Shown here: positions 28,589-38,790 of the stretch, one piece after another
Position numbering within the stretch: the first letter of the stretch is position 1
How the letters are laid out: the number at the start of each line of letters is the position of its first letter
Program-made: the position numbers and the translations under genes
Source of the DNA: Phycisphaerae bacterium
GTDB lineage: Bacteria > Planctomycetota > Phycisphaerae > SM23-33
Direction: 5' to 3'
NCBI GenBank assembly: GCA_009783465.1
Contig: WRDM01000006.1
Coordinates: 27,197 to 91,196 of the forward strand
Length of the DNA: 64,000 nucleotides
The notes under the pieces: generated by a model
Told to the model about the DNA's origin: nothing
The model's input: the letters and a program-made list of their open reading frames with translations, nothing else
The model's database searches: none

Positions 28589-29728
28589 ATGACGCGGCGT
28601 CGTGTGTTCATTTCCTGTTATTTTCCGCGAAGCGTCGCATTGGAGGGCGTGGGCACGCTGGTGTGCGGATTTTCCCGTGCGTTTACCTGCGCGGGATGGG
28701 ACGTGACGCTTCTGCTGCCGCAAGGCGAATACGCCGTTTCCGACGCGACGGTGGAGATGTATCGGCCGGGACTGTTCGGCGTGGCCGGGCTGCCGCGATA
28801 TTACCGCGCGGTTGGCCGTCTCAGCGCGTTGGCGGACGTCACGCTGCTGGTGGAGAGCAGTCCGGCGTTGGGGGCGTCGGTGTCGTGCGTGGCGGACCTC
28901 GCTCGGGCGCGGGCGTTGTTTTATCTGCCGTTGCAGACGTCGTCGGTGTTGCGTGAGATCGGGCTGTCGAGGCAGGCGTTGGTGCACTGGGCGGGGATGC
29001 ATCGGCTTTGGGCGCGGCGGATTGATTGGCGGGACAAGCATTGCGTCGTCGGCAGCGAGTTCCAGGTCCGGCAGATGCGAGCGTTACACTGCGGGCACGT
29101 GGATGTGCTGCCTGTCAGCGGCGTGTCGCGGGATGCGACGGTGCTTTCACGGTCGGCGGCGCGGCGGCGGCTTGGCTGGGACGATCAGCCGGTGGTGGGT
29201 TATCTGGGCCATTACTCGCGGGCCAAGGGCGTGGATGTGCTCGTCGAGGCGTTCGCGAAGGTTCGCGGGGCGGGCGTGCTGGCGTTGGCGCACAGCGGCC
29301 GGGGCGAACTCACGTCGCGAGGCCGGGCGGCGTTGGCGAGTCTGCGGGCACAAGGCCGTGTGAGAGAGTTGGGCGTGTGCGAGCCGCTGAATTTTCTTGC
29401 CGCGTGCGATGTGGTGGCGCTGCCGTACATTACCAGCAGCATTTGTCATCAGCCGCAGGTGCTGCTGGAATCGCTGGCAGCATCGACGGCGGTGGTCACG
29501 ACCGCGTTGGGCGGGTTCGCGGAGTTGCTCTCACAAGGCCCGTGCGGCTGGGTGATCCGCCCCCGCGACGTTGACGCGTTGGCGTCGGCCCTGGCCGGGG
29601 CGCTGGCGGATCTTCCCGCACTGCACGCGACGGGCCAACGCGGGCGGACGGTGTTCGAAGCCTCCTGTGCTAGCGAACGCATGGTGGCGTATATGGATGA
29701 AATCGTAGCACGGGCGTCTCGCCCGTGA
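28589..29728 (+). CDS. Family 4 (GT-B) glycosyltransferase
   Basis: YLGHYSRAKGVDVLVEAF and LLESLAASTAVVTTALGGFAELL segments. The start is ATG 28589 or 28553. The stop lies inside a family G arm. Confidence 0.65.
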   Translation: MTRRRVFISCYFPRSVALEGVGTLVCGFSRAFTCAGWDVTLLLPQGEYAVSDATVEMYRPGLFGVAGLPRYYRAVGRLSALADVTLLVESSPALGASVSCVADLARARALFYLPLQTSSVLREIGLSRQALVHWAGMHRLWARRIDWRDKHCVVGSEFQVRQMRALHCGHVDVLPVSGVSRDATVLSRSAARRRLGWDDQPVVGYLGHYSRAKGVDVLVEAFAKVRGAGVLALAHSGRGELTSRGRAALASLRAQGRVRELGVCEPLNFLAACDVVALPYITSSICHQPQVLLESLAASTAVVTTALGGFAELLSQGPCGWVIRPRDVDALASALAGALADLPALHATGQRGRTVFEASCASERMVAYMDEIVARASRP

Positions 29729-29810
29729 GTTTCACGGGCATCTTGCCCGTGTCTGGCGTTGCATGGGCGAGACGCCCATGCGACTCACGGGCGAGACGCC
29801 CGTGCTACGA
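29704..29810. repeat. Family G hairpin-of-hairpins element, copy G2
   Basis: gtagcacgggcgtctcgcccgtgagtttcacgggcatcttgcccgtg ... gcatgggcgagacgcccatgcgactcacgggcgagacgcccgtgctac. Confidence 0.8.
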
Positions 29811-29820
29811 CGGAGACGCG

Positions 29821-30531
29821 ATGACCCCATTGGATTCAGCGGCGATGCGGAAGCGACAGGCCTGGGCCGAGCGGTCCGGGACGCGGACGTACATTGCCGA
29901 AATGGGCCGCTATGCCCTGGCTCGCGACGAGGCGAATGTGCGGTCGCTGCTGGGGCGCGGGCCTGGGCGGCTGCTGGACCTGCCTTGCGGCACGGGGCGG
30001 TTTCTGGAGACGGCGAAGGCGTTGGGGTTCACGGTCACGGCGGCCGATTACAGCCCGACGATGCTGAGCGTCGCCCGGCAGCACGCGGGCGTGGAGTTTG
30101 TGGTGGCCGACGCGTTCGATCCGCCGTTCGCGCCCGAGACGTTCGACGCGATTCTCGTCATGCGGCTGCTGTTTCATTATGCCAATCCCGAGGCGATCGT
30201 ATCGGCCCTGGCGCGGTGTTTAAAGCCCGGCGGGCGGATGGTCTTTGACACGCTGAATTGTTTTTCCACGCGTTGGCTGGCAAGCCGGGTGATCCAGGCG
30301 TTCCGCAGGGATCCGTCGCGGCGGCTGTATTTTGAGACGCGGACGTCGATGCAACGCAAGATCGAGCGGGCGGGCCTGCGCGTGACGGCGACGCGGACGG
30401 CGTATCTGTTGCCGACGCGGGCGTATCGCGGGCTGCCCCGCGCCGTGACGCGACCGATCGACCTGTTCGAACAACTCACGCCGCCCCCCATGCGAGTGAT
30501 GACGTACTGGCAAGTCGAGAAACCCCGATGA
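29821..30531 (+). CDS. Class I SAM-dependent methyltransferase
   Basis: Motif I LLDLPCGTGRF. 236 aa from ATG 29821, immediately after the G2 element. Confidence 0.75.
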   Translation: MTPLDSAAMRKRQAWAERSGTRTYIAEMGRYALARDEANVRSLLGRGPGRLLDLPCGTGRFLETAKALGFTVTAADYSPTMLSVARQHAGVEFVVADAFDPPFAPETFDAILVMRLLFHYANPEAIVSALARCLKPGGRMVFDTLNCFSTRWLASRVIQAFRRDPSRRLYFETRTSMQRKIERAGLRVTATRTAYLLPTRAYRGLPRAVTRPIDLFEQLTPPPMRVMTYWQVEKPR

Positions 30532-31841
30532 CGCAACACGCCGCCGAGTACCGCATGCTGGAGCATCGCGCCGCCTGGCTGACCGTTCTCGCCGGCGGAT
30601 TCAACGCGTTTTTCGCGTTCATGACGTTCGGTTCGTCGCTGCTGATGCTGTACTTCATGAAACTCGACTTGCCGATGGACAAAATCGGCAGGCTGCTGTC
30701 GTTCTTCCCGTTCGCCGGCGTGATCGCGGTCGTGCTCGCGCCGCTGACGGCCCGCTTCGGCTACAAACGCACTTTCTGTCTGTTCTACGGCGTCCGCAAA
30801 TTCGTGATCCTGGCCGCGTTAGCGACGCCTGTGATCATGGACCGTTTCGGCTTCGATGCCGGCGTCGCCTACGTCACCGTGGTGATCCTGCTGTTCACGC
30901 TCTGTCGCGCGATCGCCGAGACGGGGTACTATCCGTGGTCGCTGACGTTCGTGCCCAGCGAGGTCCGCGGGCGATACTCCGCCGCCACCAGCCTCGTGGG
31001 GTCGCTGGGAGGGCTGACGGCGCTGGTGATCGCCAACCAGGCCCTTCGCCGGTCCAGCGAATTGGGCGACTTCACGCTGCTGATCGGCGTCGGGGCGGTG
31101 GTGGGGGTTGTCGGCGTGGTGCTTCACGCGTTCGTGCCCGGCGGCGAGCCGATGCACCGCACCGTCCGCGTGGGAATGTACGTGCGGAAAATCCTCGCCG
31201 CCCTCGGACGCCGCGAGTTTCGGCGGTTTCTGCTGGCCGTCAGCCTGGCGACGATCAGCGCGGCGCCGATGGCATTCCTGCCCGCCTATCTGAAAAAAAC
31301 CATCGCCATGCCCGACCAGGACATCGTGTTGATCAACATGGCCATGCTGGTGGGCGGCATCGCGGGGAGCGTGTTCTGGGGCCGCGTGGCCGATCGCCTC
31401 GGCGGTCGGCGGACGCAGATGCTCGGGCTGGTGCTCGGGTGCGTGTTCCCGATGTTCTGGCTGTTGCTGCCTCGCGGCGATGCGGGCGTGTACGCGGCGG
31501 CGAGTTTGTACGTGGGCGTCGCGATTGCGTTGTCGGGCGGAGCGATTGGGGTCGGCACGGCGGTCGGCAGCAGCAAACATTTATTTGGCCAATTGATCCC
31601 GCCGCGCCGCCGCGCGGAGTTCAGCGCTGCCTGGTACGCCAGCATCGGTTTGGCCGGCGGCGCCGGACCGCTGATCGTCGGCCATCTGCTCGTCGTCCTC
31701 GAACAGCGCCCGCTCGCGATAGCCGACGTGTCCGCCAGCCCGTTCGCGATCCTGTTCGCGGCCACGTCACTGCTCCAACTGGCCGCCGCAGCCATCTTGG
31801 CGACGGGCGGAGGAACCAAGCCAGTAGCCAATAGCCAGTAG
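30528..31841 (+). CDS. MFS-type transporter
   Basis: ATGA overlap with the methyltransferase gene. About 12 hydrophobic segments. The last 8 codons and the stop come from a family A repeat arm. Confidence 0.6.
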   Translation: MTQHAAEYRMLEHRAAWLTVLAGGFNAFFAFMTFGSSLLMLYFMKLDLPMDKIGRLLSFFPFAGVIAVVLAPLTARFGYKRTFCLFYGVRKFVILAALATPVIMDRFGFDAGVAYVTVVILLFTLCRAIAETGYYPWSLTFVPSEVRGRYSAATSLVGSLGGLTALVIANQALRRSSELGDFTLLIGVGAVVGVVGVVLHAFVPGGEPMHRTVRVGMYVRKILAALGRREFRRFLLAVSLATISAAPMAFLPAYLKKTIAMPDQDIVLINMAMLVGGIAGSVFWGRVADRLGGRRTQMLGLVLGCVFPMFWLLLPRGDAGVYAAASLYVGVAIALSGGAIGVGTAVGSSKHLFGQLIPPRRRAEFSAAWYASIGLAGGAGPLIVGHLLVVLEQRPLAIADVSASPFAILFAATSLLQLAAAAILATGGGTKPVANSQ

Positions 31842-31900
31842 CCAACAGGTATGGAAAAATAAGGGCGAAACGGCAATAAAAGCGGGAATGGCCACATCCG
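31818..31900 (-). repeat. Family A element, truncated copy A3 (one arm plus part of the core)
   Basis: caagccagtagccaatagccagtagccaacaggtatggaa...ggcaataaaagcgggaatgg is the reverse complement of the right half of A1/A8. Confidence 0.7.
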
Positions 31901-32142
31901 GAATTTTCGTCACGGCGGACGTTCACAACGGGCCGGGACTGTGCCCCGGCACCGCCGCGCGAGGCCAGGAAGGAAAATCGGTTGTTTTCCACGAAAAACC
32001 GACGGATCAATATTGGCCATAAAATCAGGTCACTCACGGGTAAAGAACGGAAAAACCCTTCATTTCTTTCTTGACCTTTTGCGAATCGGCGGTAGGGTAA
32101 ACGGTTCGGAGAGGTCTTGCGACGGATTCAAAGGAGAACCCG

Positions 32143-32832
32143 ATGCGTACATTCGTGGCATTGTCATTGGTGTTGGCGTTCGCCGTCCCCGCGATGGCGG
32201 GTGTGTTTACGTATACGATGGGGCCGCTCAACGTGGATTTGACGAAGCCGCAGAATGAATTGCGGTTTTCCAGCCCGTTCGAAGTGCCAGCGACGTTTAC
32301 GTGCGGCGGCGAGAGTGTTGTGGCCTCACATCCCGGCGAGCCGGTGCAAAGCGGTCTGGGCGGCGCGGATTGGGTGGCCGGCTGGTTTTCGTTCTCCGGC
32401 GATGGTGACGACTGGACCGTGACCTGCACGACGGCGTTGTATATTGGGGATGCGAACAGCGATTTTTGGGTTGGCACGGTGATGGTGGGCGATTTCCAGT
32501 CGACGTCCGTCCGTTTTGCGGACGGCGTGATTACGATTGTCGGCGAGTTTACGGCCCGGCCTGGTCATGCCTCCATTTTCTGGAAGGACACGTTTGACGG
32601 CGACACGGACAGCATCGCCATCCCCGATTGGGATAGCTGGGAATCGGCCATCATGACGATTGAGATCACGCCGAATTTCTCTGGTGTGAACAGCGTAGGT
32701 GATTTTTTCGGAAACAATTTAGGTCAGGCTGGCAACTTGGCGAGCATTACGATCGTAAGTATTCCTGAGCCGGCGACGATGTGTTTGTTGGTCTTGGGCG
32801 GCGTGGCGCTGCTTCGCCGGCGGCGCGGGTAG
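32143..32832 (+). CDS. PEP-CTERM-anchored secreted protein
   Basis: AAGGAGAA RBS, signal peptide ...AFAVPAMA, and C-terminal IPEPATMCLLVLGGVALLRRRRG. Confidence 0.8.
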   Translation: MRTFVALSLVLAFAVPAMAGVFTYTMGPLNVDLTKPQNELRFSSPFEVPATFTCGGESVVASHPGEPVQSGLGGADWVAGWFSFSGDGDDWTVTCTTALYIGDANSDFWVGTVMVGDFQSTSVRFADGVITIVGEFTARPGHASIFWKDTFDGDTDSIAIPDWDSWESAIMTIEITPNFSGVNSVGDFFGNNLGQAGNLASITIVSIPEPATMCLLVLGGVALLRRRRG

Positions 32833-32864
32833 TTCGGATACGGTTTCAGATACCTACGCGTACA

Positions 32865-32961
32865 CCTTGACGTAAAACTGGCTTGCCTCTTTGCGCTGTA
32901 GAACGTCGTGCCATACACAACGTTCCACAGCGCAAAGAGGCAAGCCAGTTTTACGTCAAGG
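32865..32961. terminator. 35-bp perfect hairpin between convergent genes (putative bidirectional terminator)
   Basis: Arms 32865-32899 and 32927-32961 are exactly complementary. The loop adds a further gaacgt/acgttc pairing. Confidence 0.5.
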
Positions 32962-32996
32962 CGCGTGGTGTCGCCGTTCGGATTTATCTATCGTCC

Positions 32997-33755
32997 TCAA
33001 CTCGCGTGGTGTCGCTCGTGGCTTTGAAATTGTGCGACTTTGTTGCTGATGACGCGGAGGGCTTCTTTGCCTTCGGGCGTTTGCGCCAGGCCTAGAAACT
33101 GGAAGCCCATGACGATGCCTTGGTCGTTTTCCTCGACGTGGCGGAACTGGGCGTCGGCGTAGACGGTGCCGTCGTCGCTGCCGAAGGCGATTCGCACGCC
33201 GATGTTTTCGCCGACGTCAAGCCGGGCAACGCGATCGGGCGGGCAGACCAGTTGGAACCCGCCGGCGCTGAGGTTGGTGATCCGGCCGGTCCAGACCGGC
33301 ATCGAGGAGGGGCCTTGCGGCTCGGCGTTGCGACCGCCCATCCAGAACGACGCCCGCACGACGCGGTTGGCGGGAACGTCCACGCGAAGGAACGCACGAC
33401 GCTGGAGCCGCTGCATCCGCGTGGGCAGGCACAGCGAAATCGCCTTCATCGTGACGTCGCCAAGCCGATGATCCACGATCCCCGCCACCGTGACGCTGAC
33501 GAGATGCTTGTAATGCTTGAGTTTGAAACTCAAGCCCAGCTTCTCGGCGGGCGTGAATTCGTGCGGGGCGATGTTTGCCTCGGGCAGCGGCAGCTCGATC
33601 AGAAGGTGGGTGTCGGTCATGGCCAGCATGCGGCTGGGGTAATTCACCCACGCCCGGCTTTGCGGAATCGTAATGGTAGCCGGCACTTGTTTCTGCGTGG
33701 CCAACTTCAGCGCCTCGTCGATCTGTCGAATGCTCAACTCTTGAAGTTCGGACAT
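32997..33755 (-). CDS. PilZ-domain protein (YcgR-like architecture), probable c-di-GMP receptor
   Basis: 252 aa from ATG 33755 with a GGAG RBS. RLQRRAFLR and NLSAGG PilZ motifs. Confidence 0.75.
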   Translation of the reverse strand: MSELQELSIRQIDEALKLATQKQVPATITIPQSRAWVNYPSRMLAMTDTHLLIELPLPEANIAPHEFTPAEKLGLSFKLKHYKHLVSVTVAGIVDHRLGDVTMKAISLCLPTRMQRLQRRAFLRVDVPANRVVRASFWMGGRNAEPQGPSSMPVWTGRITNLSAGGFQLVCPPDRVARLDVGENIGVRIAFGSDDGTVYADAQFRHVEENDQGIVMGFQFLGLAQTPEGKEALRVISNKVAQFQSHERHHAS

Positions 33756-33975
33756 CGTTTCTATCTCCTGTCCCTCCGTACGCGGCACATAGTGAAATTC
33801 GGCAAACACGGGGTTGTTCTTGAACAAGCATCCTTTGGGTGTGGCCAAATTTTTTTGTACGAGAAGAATTGCTGGTTTTGTTTTCACAAAAATCGACGAT
33901 TCCTCTCGTGCGAGCAGAAAATTCAACCACACCTTCAGGGCTATCGCATCTAAATTCCCCGTTTTTTCGCGAAAA

Positions 33976-34071
33976 GGCTGTAGACTGTAGGCTGTAGGCT
34001 GTAGTCGCGGCAGTTTTTGCGACAACTTTTTCGACACGGCATGTCGCACCTACAGCCTACAGCCTACAGCC
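33976..34071. repeat. Word-type hairpin (ggctgtag)n / (ctacagcc)n
   Basis: Arms at 33976-34004 and 34050-34071. A related single arm lies at 1035-1072. Confidence 0.75.
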
Positions 34072-34271
34072 TAAAAACGGGACTTTTTAGATGCGATGGC
34101 CCTGGCCACACCTTTTGAATCATCCCGGAAAGCGATTTTTTGTCCGCGAACGACATTCTCTGGTATCATGAACAACTCGGTGGGGCGGTCTCCAGAAAAC
34201 CCAATGATTTCGACGAAACACGCCGATAAACCGTATGAGGTCCGAGAGTCTGCCGTTGCTCCGAGAATTCT

Positions 34272-35546
34272 ATGAAGAAAAAAGTCCGTAAGATCGCGAT
34301 GCTGTCCGCCAAGCTGCTGTTGGCGGGCGGGTTGCTGGCGTGGGTGCTGTCGGGCGTGCATTGGAACGATTACGTCGCCGCGACGGACGCCGCCGGCAAG
34401 ACGGCGACGTATGCCATTTCGCGGATTCAGGAGCACCCGGCCCTGACGATCGCGCATGGGGAATCCCAGTCGCACGGATCGCTTGTCGTGACGGAAGGTC
34501 GGCTGTGGTGGGCGTCGCAAAAAATCGTGAGGATCGCCGAGCTGGACTTCACGGACACGGTGAAAAAGAACGCGTTGTCCGAAGCGCGGGCACGAGGCGA
34601 CGAGTCGGTGTCGCCGCCGTCGTTGCTGGAGGACGTCCGTCGGCGCGGCGTGCGGTCGGCGTTGGGGCAGATGAACATCCTGCTGCTGGTGTTGGCCTGC
34701 CTGGGTTTTCTCGGCTCGATTCTGGTCATCGCCGTGCGGTGGTGGTTCCTGTTGAGAATTCAGGACATCACGATTCGCCTGTGGGAGGCGGTTCGGCTGA
34801 CGTTTCTGGGGCAGTTTTTCAATTACGTCATTCCGGGCTCGGTGGGCGGGGACCTGGTCAAGGCGTATTACGTCAGCAAGCACACGCCGCGCAAGGCGGC
34901 CGTGCTGGTGAGCGTATTTGTCGACCGCGTGCTGGGCTTGACCGAACTGGTGGTGCTTGGCGGCGTGATGTTGATTGTGATTGTGTGGGCGGGCATGAAG
35001 TCGTTTGACGACACGCTTCGATTGGCCGCGTATGTGCTGGGCGCGGTGTCGGTCCTGGTGATGGGGGCGTTTGTATTTCTGTTGAGTCCGCGATTCCGCA
35101 AGGCGTTGCGGCTGGAAAAACTGTATCAACGGCTGCCGATCGCGCATCACATCGCCGCCGCGGGCGAGGCGGCCACGCTGTACCGCAAGCGGCTGCCGGC
35201 GTTGGGCAAGGCCATTCTGTTCACCCTCGGGGCGCATGTGCTGGTGATTGGTGCGATCGCGCTGGTCGGGTTGAGTCTGAACATGGACGCCCCGTGGTAT
35301 ACGTATTTCGTGTATGTGCCGGTGATTTTCATTATCGCGGCGGTGCCGATCACGCCGGGCGCGGTCGGGGTGACGGAGTTGCTGTACCAGACGGCGTTTG
35401 CGTCGTCGAGTCCGAGCACGGTGATCGTGTTGGCGTTGCTGGCGAGGCTGATTCCGATGTTCTGGGGCCTGCCCGGCGCGATCGTCGCGGTCACCGGCAC
35501 AAAACTTCCCAAGGCCAAGGAGATGGAAGCGGAGTTGAACGCCTGA
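34272..35546 (+). CDS. UPF0104 / lysylphosphatidylglycerol-synthase-TM-region-like (flippase-like) membrane protein
   Basis: [22 protein letters not shown] signature. Polytopic. Confidence 0.7.
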   Translation: MKKKVRKIAMLSAKLLLAGGLLAWVLSGVHWNDYVAATDAAGKTATYAISRIQEHPALTIAHGESQSHGSLVVTEGRLWWASQKIVRIAELDFTDTVKKNALSEARARGDESVSPPSLLEDVRRRGVRSALGQMNILLLVLACLGFLGSILVIAVRWWFLLRIQDITIRLWEAVRLTFLGQFFNYVIPGSVGGDLVKAYYVSKHTPRKAAVLVSVFVDRVLGLTELVVLGGVMLIVIVWAGMKSFDDTLRLAAYVLGAVSVLVMGAFVFLLSPRFRKALRLEKLYQRLPIAHHIAAAGEAATLYRKRLPALGKAILFTLGAHVLVIGAIALVGLSLNMDAPWYTYFVYVPVIFIIAAVPITPGAVGVTELLYQTAFASSSPSTVIVLALLARLIPMFWGLPGAIVAVTGTKLPKAKEMEAELNA

Positions 35547-35625
35547 AAAATCTCATTTTCGCCTCTTGGCAACAAACCCCTCGTCGCGGTACACTTTCCC
35601 TCTTTGCAACCAAGAGGATTCAGCC

Positions 35626-37188
35626 ATGATCAAGCCCGCCGGCCAGAGTGAAACGATCGTTATTCTTGACTTCGGCAGCCAGTACGCCCAGCTGATCGCG
35701 CGTCGCGTTCGCGAGAACGGCGTGTACAGCGTGCTTGCCCGCCCGGACGTGTCGGCTGAGGAAATTCTCGCCCTGAACCCCAAGGGGCTGATTTTTTCCG
35801 GCGGGCCTTCGAGCGTGTACGACGCCGGCGCGCCGCGGTGCCGCAAGGAGGTTTTTGATCTTGGCTTGCCGATCCTGGGCATCTGCTACGGCATGCAGGT
35901 CGCGTGCGATCTGCTGGGCGGCAAGGTGCAGCCTGCCGACCCCGCGCGCGAGTACGGCCGCTGCCGGCTGACCGTCGCCGAGCACGACAAACTGCTCAAA
36001 AACATTCCGACGGAGACGACCGTCTGGATGAGCCACGCCGACCAGGTGAAGGTTCTCGGCGACCAGTTCGTGCCCCTCGCAGCCACGCCCACGTGTCCGA
36101 TGGCGGCGATGCGTCACAAGACCCGCCCGATTTTCGGCGTGCAGTTTCACCCCGAGGTCACGCACACGCTGCATGGCGGCGAGATTTTCGCGAATTTCCT
36201 GTACGACATTTGCGGCTGCGCGGGGCTGTGGAAGATGGGGTCGTTCATCGACGAAGTGGTCGAGGACGTTCGCCGTCGCGTCGGGCCTGACGACCGCGTG
36301 ATCTGCGGGCTCTCGGGCGGCGTGGACAGTTCCGTCGTGGCGGCCATGTTGCACAAGGCTATTCCCGACCGCCTGACGTGCATTTTCGTCGATCATGGCC
36401 TGCTTCGCGCCAACGAGCGTGAGTTTGTGGACGCGACGTTCCGCGAACATTTCAAGATCGACCTGCGCGTCGTGGACGCGACGGATTTGTTTCTGACGCG
36501 ATTGGCGGGCGTGACCGAGCCGCAGGAAAAACGCAAAATTATCGGCCACACGTTTATCGACGTCTTCAAGCAGGAAGCGGCCACGGTGGCCAACGCCCGT
36601 TTCCTGGCCCAGGGCACGTTGTATCCCGACGTGATCGAGTCGGGTCAAAGTCTCGCCGGGCAGGCGGCGAATATCAAACTGCACCACAACGTCGGCGGGC
36701 TGCCGGAGCAACTGGGCTTCGACCTGATCGAGCCGCTCCGCGACCTGTTCAAGGACGAAGTCCGTGTGGTGGGCGAACTGCTGGGCCTGCCGGAGAAAAT
36801 TGTTTGGCGTCACCCGTTCCCCGGCCCCGGCCTGGCGGTGCGGTGCCTCGGCGAAGTGACCCGCGACAAACTGGCCCTGCTCCGCAAGGCCGACACGATC
36901 CTGCTGGAGGAAATCACCGCCAACAACATGTATCGCAAGACGGCCCAGACGTTCGCGGTGCTGCTGCCGGTGCGCAGCGTCGGCGTGATGGGCGACGGCA
37001 GAACCTACGACTACGCGGTCGCCCTCCGCAGCGTCGACACCACCGACTTCATGACGGCCGACTGGTCGCGAATCCCCTACGAAATCCTCGCCACCATCAG
37101 CAGCCGCATCATCAACGAAGTCCGCGGCATCAACCGCGTGGTGTACGACATTTCCACCAAACCGCCGGCGACGATTGAGTGGGAGTAG
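35626..37188 (+). CDS. guaA: Glutamine-hydrolysing GMP synthase
   Basis: [27 protein letters not shown]-loop, and C-terminal ...KPPATIEWE. Confidence 0.95.
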   Translation: MIKPAGQSETIVILDFGSQYAQLIARRVRENGVYSVLARPDVSAEEILALNPKGLIFSGGPSSVYDAGAPRCRKEVFDLGLPILGICYGMQVACDLLGGKVQPADPAREYGRCRLTVAEHDKLLKNIPTETTVWMSHADQVKVLGDQFVPLAATPTCPMAAMRHKTRPIFGVQFHPEVTHTLHGGEIFANFLYDICGCAGLWKMGSFIDEVVEDVRRRVGPDDRVICGLSGGVDSSVVAAMLHKAIPDRLTCIFVDHGLLRANEREFVDATFREHFKIDLRVVDATDLFLTRLAGVTEPQEKRKIIGHTFIDVFKQEAATVANARFLAQGTLYPDVIESGQSLAGQAANIKLHHNVGGLPEQLGFDLIEPLRDLFKDEVRVVGELLGLPEKIVWRHPFPGPGLAVRCLGEVTRDKLALLRKADTILLEEITANNMYRKTAQTFAVLLPVRSVGVMGDGRTYDYAVALRSVDTTDFMTADWSRIPYEILATISSRIINEVRGINRVVYDISTKPPATIEWE

Positions 37189-37260
37189 CCTCCGATGGGG
37201 TTTTGCCCTCGTATAATGGAGTGAGCGGAAACCTGTGAGGGGTCGGAGGAGGGTGTCGGT

Positions 37261-37653
37261 ATGGACGACGATATTCGCAATCCGGGGCGGCGTATGGAAG
37301 AGGATGCCCGTAATGCGGGACGGCGCATTGAGGGGGAGGTTCGCAATGCGGGGCGACGCGTCGAACACGGGCTGGAGCGGACCCGGGAGCGGGCCAGCGG
37401 CGCGGTGCGGAGCCTGTTCGCGATCGACGTGATCGCGATGGTGCTGGTGATCATCGGTGCGGTCACGCTGGGGCTGATCGGGCTGTTTCAGTGGAATCTG
37501 CTCCACGCGATTTTCGGGGCCGTGCCGTGGCTGGAGCGGCTGATTTATGTCGCCATCGGCGCGGGGGGCGTGTACACCGCGATCGTCACGCCGGTGCTGG
37601 TCCGGCTGCACCGCACATCCAGGCAGCCGACGGTCACACAACAGAGTCTGTGA
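37261..37653 (+). CDS. DUF378-like small membrane protein with an N-terminal triple 11-aa repeat
   Basis: GGAGGAGGG RBS. The C-terminal half (GAVTLGLIGLFQWNLLHAIFG...IYVAIGAGGVY) resembles DUF378. Confidence 0.6.
   Translation: MDDDIRNPGRRMEEDARNAGRRIEGEVRNAGRRVEHGLERTRERASGAVRSLFAIDVIAMVLVIIGAVTLGLIGLFQWNLLHAIFGAVPWLERLIYVAIGAGGVYTAIVTPVLVRLHRTSRQPTVTQQSL
37273..37371 (+). repeat. 3 x 33-nt in-frame tandem repeat (xRNxGRRxExx)
   Basis: IRNPGRRMEED / ARNAGRRIEGE / VRNAGRRVEHG. Confidence 0.8.
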
Positions 37654-37726
37654 GTGCGACGTGGATACGGCTTGCCGGTTTGCGTTGTAAGGCGTTCCAG
37701 TCGAGGAAGGTAGATCTGTCCATTTT

Positions 37727-37832
37727 CGCGAAGACCGAGCGGGATTGCGCGGATTGACGGATTAGAGGATTACCGTTCCAGTACGGCAATTCTGTAATCC
37801 TTCAATCCGTGTAATCCCGCTCGGTCTTCGCG
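37727..37832. repeat. Family C hairpin, uninterrupted copy
   Basis: cgcgaagaccgagcgggattgcgcggattgacggattagaggatt ... aatccttcaatccgtgtaatcccgctcggtcttcgcg. Confidence 0.8.
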
Positions 37833-37961
37833 AAGACGTGTAAACACAACGTTTTGCCGTGAGAAACGTTCACCAGCGTAAACCGGCAAGCCGTTGTGAA
37901 AGGTTTGGCAATTCGGTATGCTCTCTCTTGTCGCCCGTCGGGCGGTTGAGGGCATACGATT

Positions 37962-38783
37962 ATGCGTGCAGCGGTGCTTGTCTTGGCGGTTGTTTTCTGC
38001 GGAATGCTTGGCGGATGCGGGATGTCGGAAGAGGCTGGCCAGCAATTGGCCGGCGCGAATGCGGCCTACTCCGCCGGCGATTACGCGGGCACGGTCCGCC
38101 AGGCGGATGCGTTCCTGGCCTTGCACAGCCGCTCCGGTGGCGCGGGGGAAGCGTATTATCTTCGTGGGGCCGCCCGATACAATCAGGCCAAGGCCCGCAG
38201 CGGCGGCGACTTGGAATATCTCGATCGCGACCTCTGCCAGCAGGCCAAGAGCGACCTTCAGCAGGCCATCGCCAAAAGCAACACGTCCGACCTCCGCGGC
38301 AAAGCGGGCCTGACGCTGGGGCACCTTTCGCATGACACGGACGACATTGACCTGGCCGAGCGGATGTACCGGCTGGCGATCGACGCCGTCGGCAAGGATC
38401 CGGTGATGGGGGCGGAGGCGTTGTATCGCCTCGGATGCGTGTTGCAGCGGCAGGGCAAGTGGCGGGACGCGGACGTGCGTTTTCAGAAGGTGATGTACGA
38501 GTTTCCGGGCGGTGAGCCGGCGCGGGCGGCGGCAGGCCGGGTTAACGCCAACGCGTGGACGGTTCAGGCGGGCGCGTTTGCCACGCGCGACAACGCCGAC
38601 CGCGCCGCGGCATCGCTGACAGGCAAGGACGCCTCGCTGCCCGCCCGGACCGTGGCGATTCTCGACGGCCAGCCGCGATACGTCGTGCACGTCGGGCGAT
38701 ACGTGAAATACGAAGACGCCGACACGATGCGCCGCCGCGTGAGGGCGTTCCAGAGCGACGCATTTGTCACGGTGACGAAGTAG
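37962..38783 (+). CDS. SPOR-domain lipoprotein with TPR-like N-terminal region
   Basis: Lipobox LGGCG. C-terminal SPOR-like segment WTVQAGAFATRDNADRAA...YVVHVGRY. Confidence 0.65.
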   Translation: MRAAVLVLAVVFCGMLGGCGMSEEAGQQLAGANAAYSAGDYAGTVRQADAFLALHSRSGGAGEAYYLRGAARYNQAKARSGGDLEYLDRDLCQQAKSDLQQAIAKSNTSDLRGKAGLTLGHLSHDTDDIDLAERMYRLAIDAVGKDPVMGAEALYRLGCVLQRQGKWRDADVRFQKVMYEFPGGEPARAAAGRVNANAWTVQAGAFATRDNADRAAASLTGKDASLPARTVAILDGQPRYVVHVGRYVKYEDADTMRRRVRAFQSDAFVTVTK

Positions 38784-38790
38784 CGTGACG

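Noticed and set aside
33976-34071. Possible CRISPR arrays formed by short recurring words (ctacagcc, gccacaagcc, ccagtagcc, cgttgactcg)
   Set aside because: The units are 7-9 nt tandem words arranged as inverted pairs. They are not 25-40-nt direct repeats separated by unique spacers, and there are no cas genes.
37189-37260. TATAAT hexamer (about 37211-37216) as the promoter for the DUF378-like gene
   Set aside because: The -35 region at 17-nt spacing (cctccg) is poor and there is no extended -10 TG. Too weak to report as a feature.
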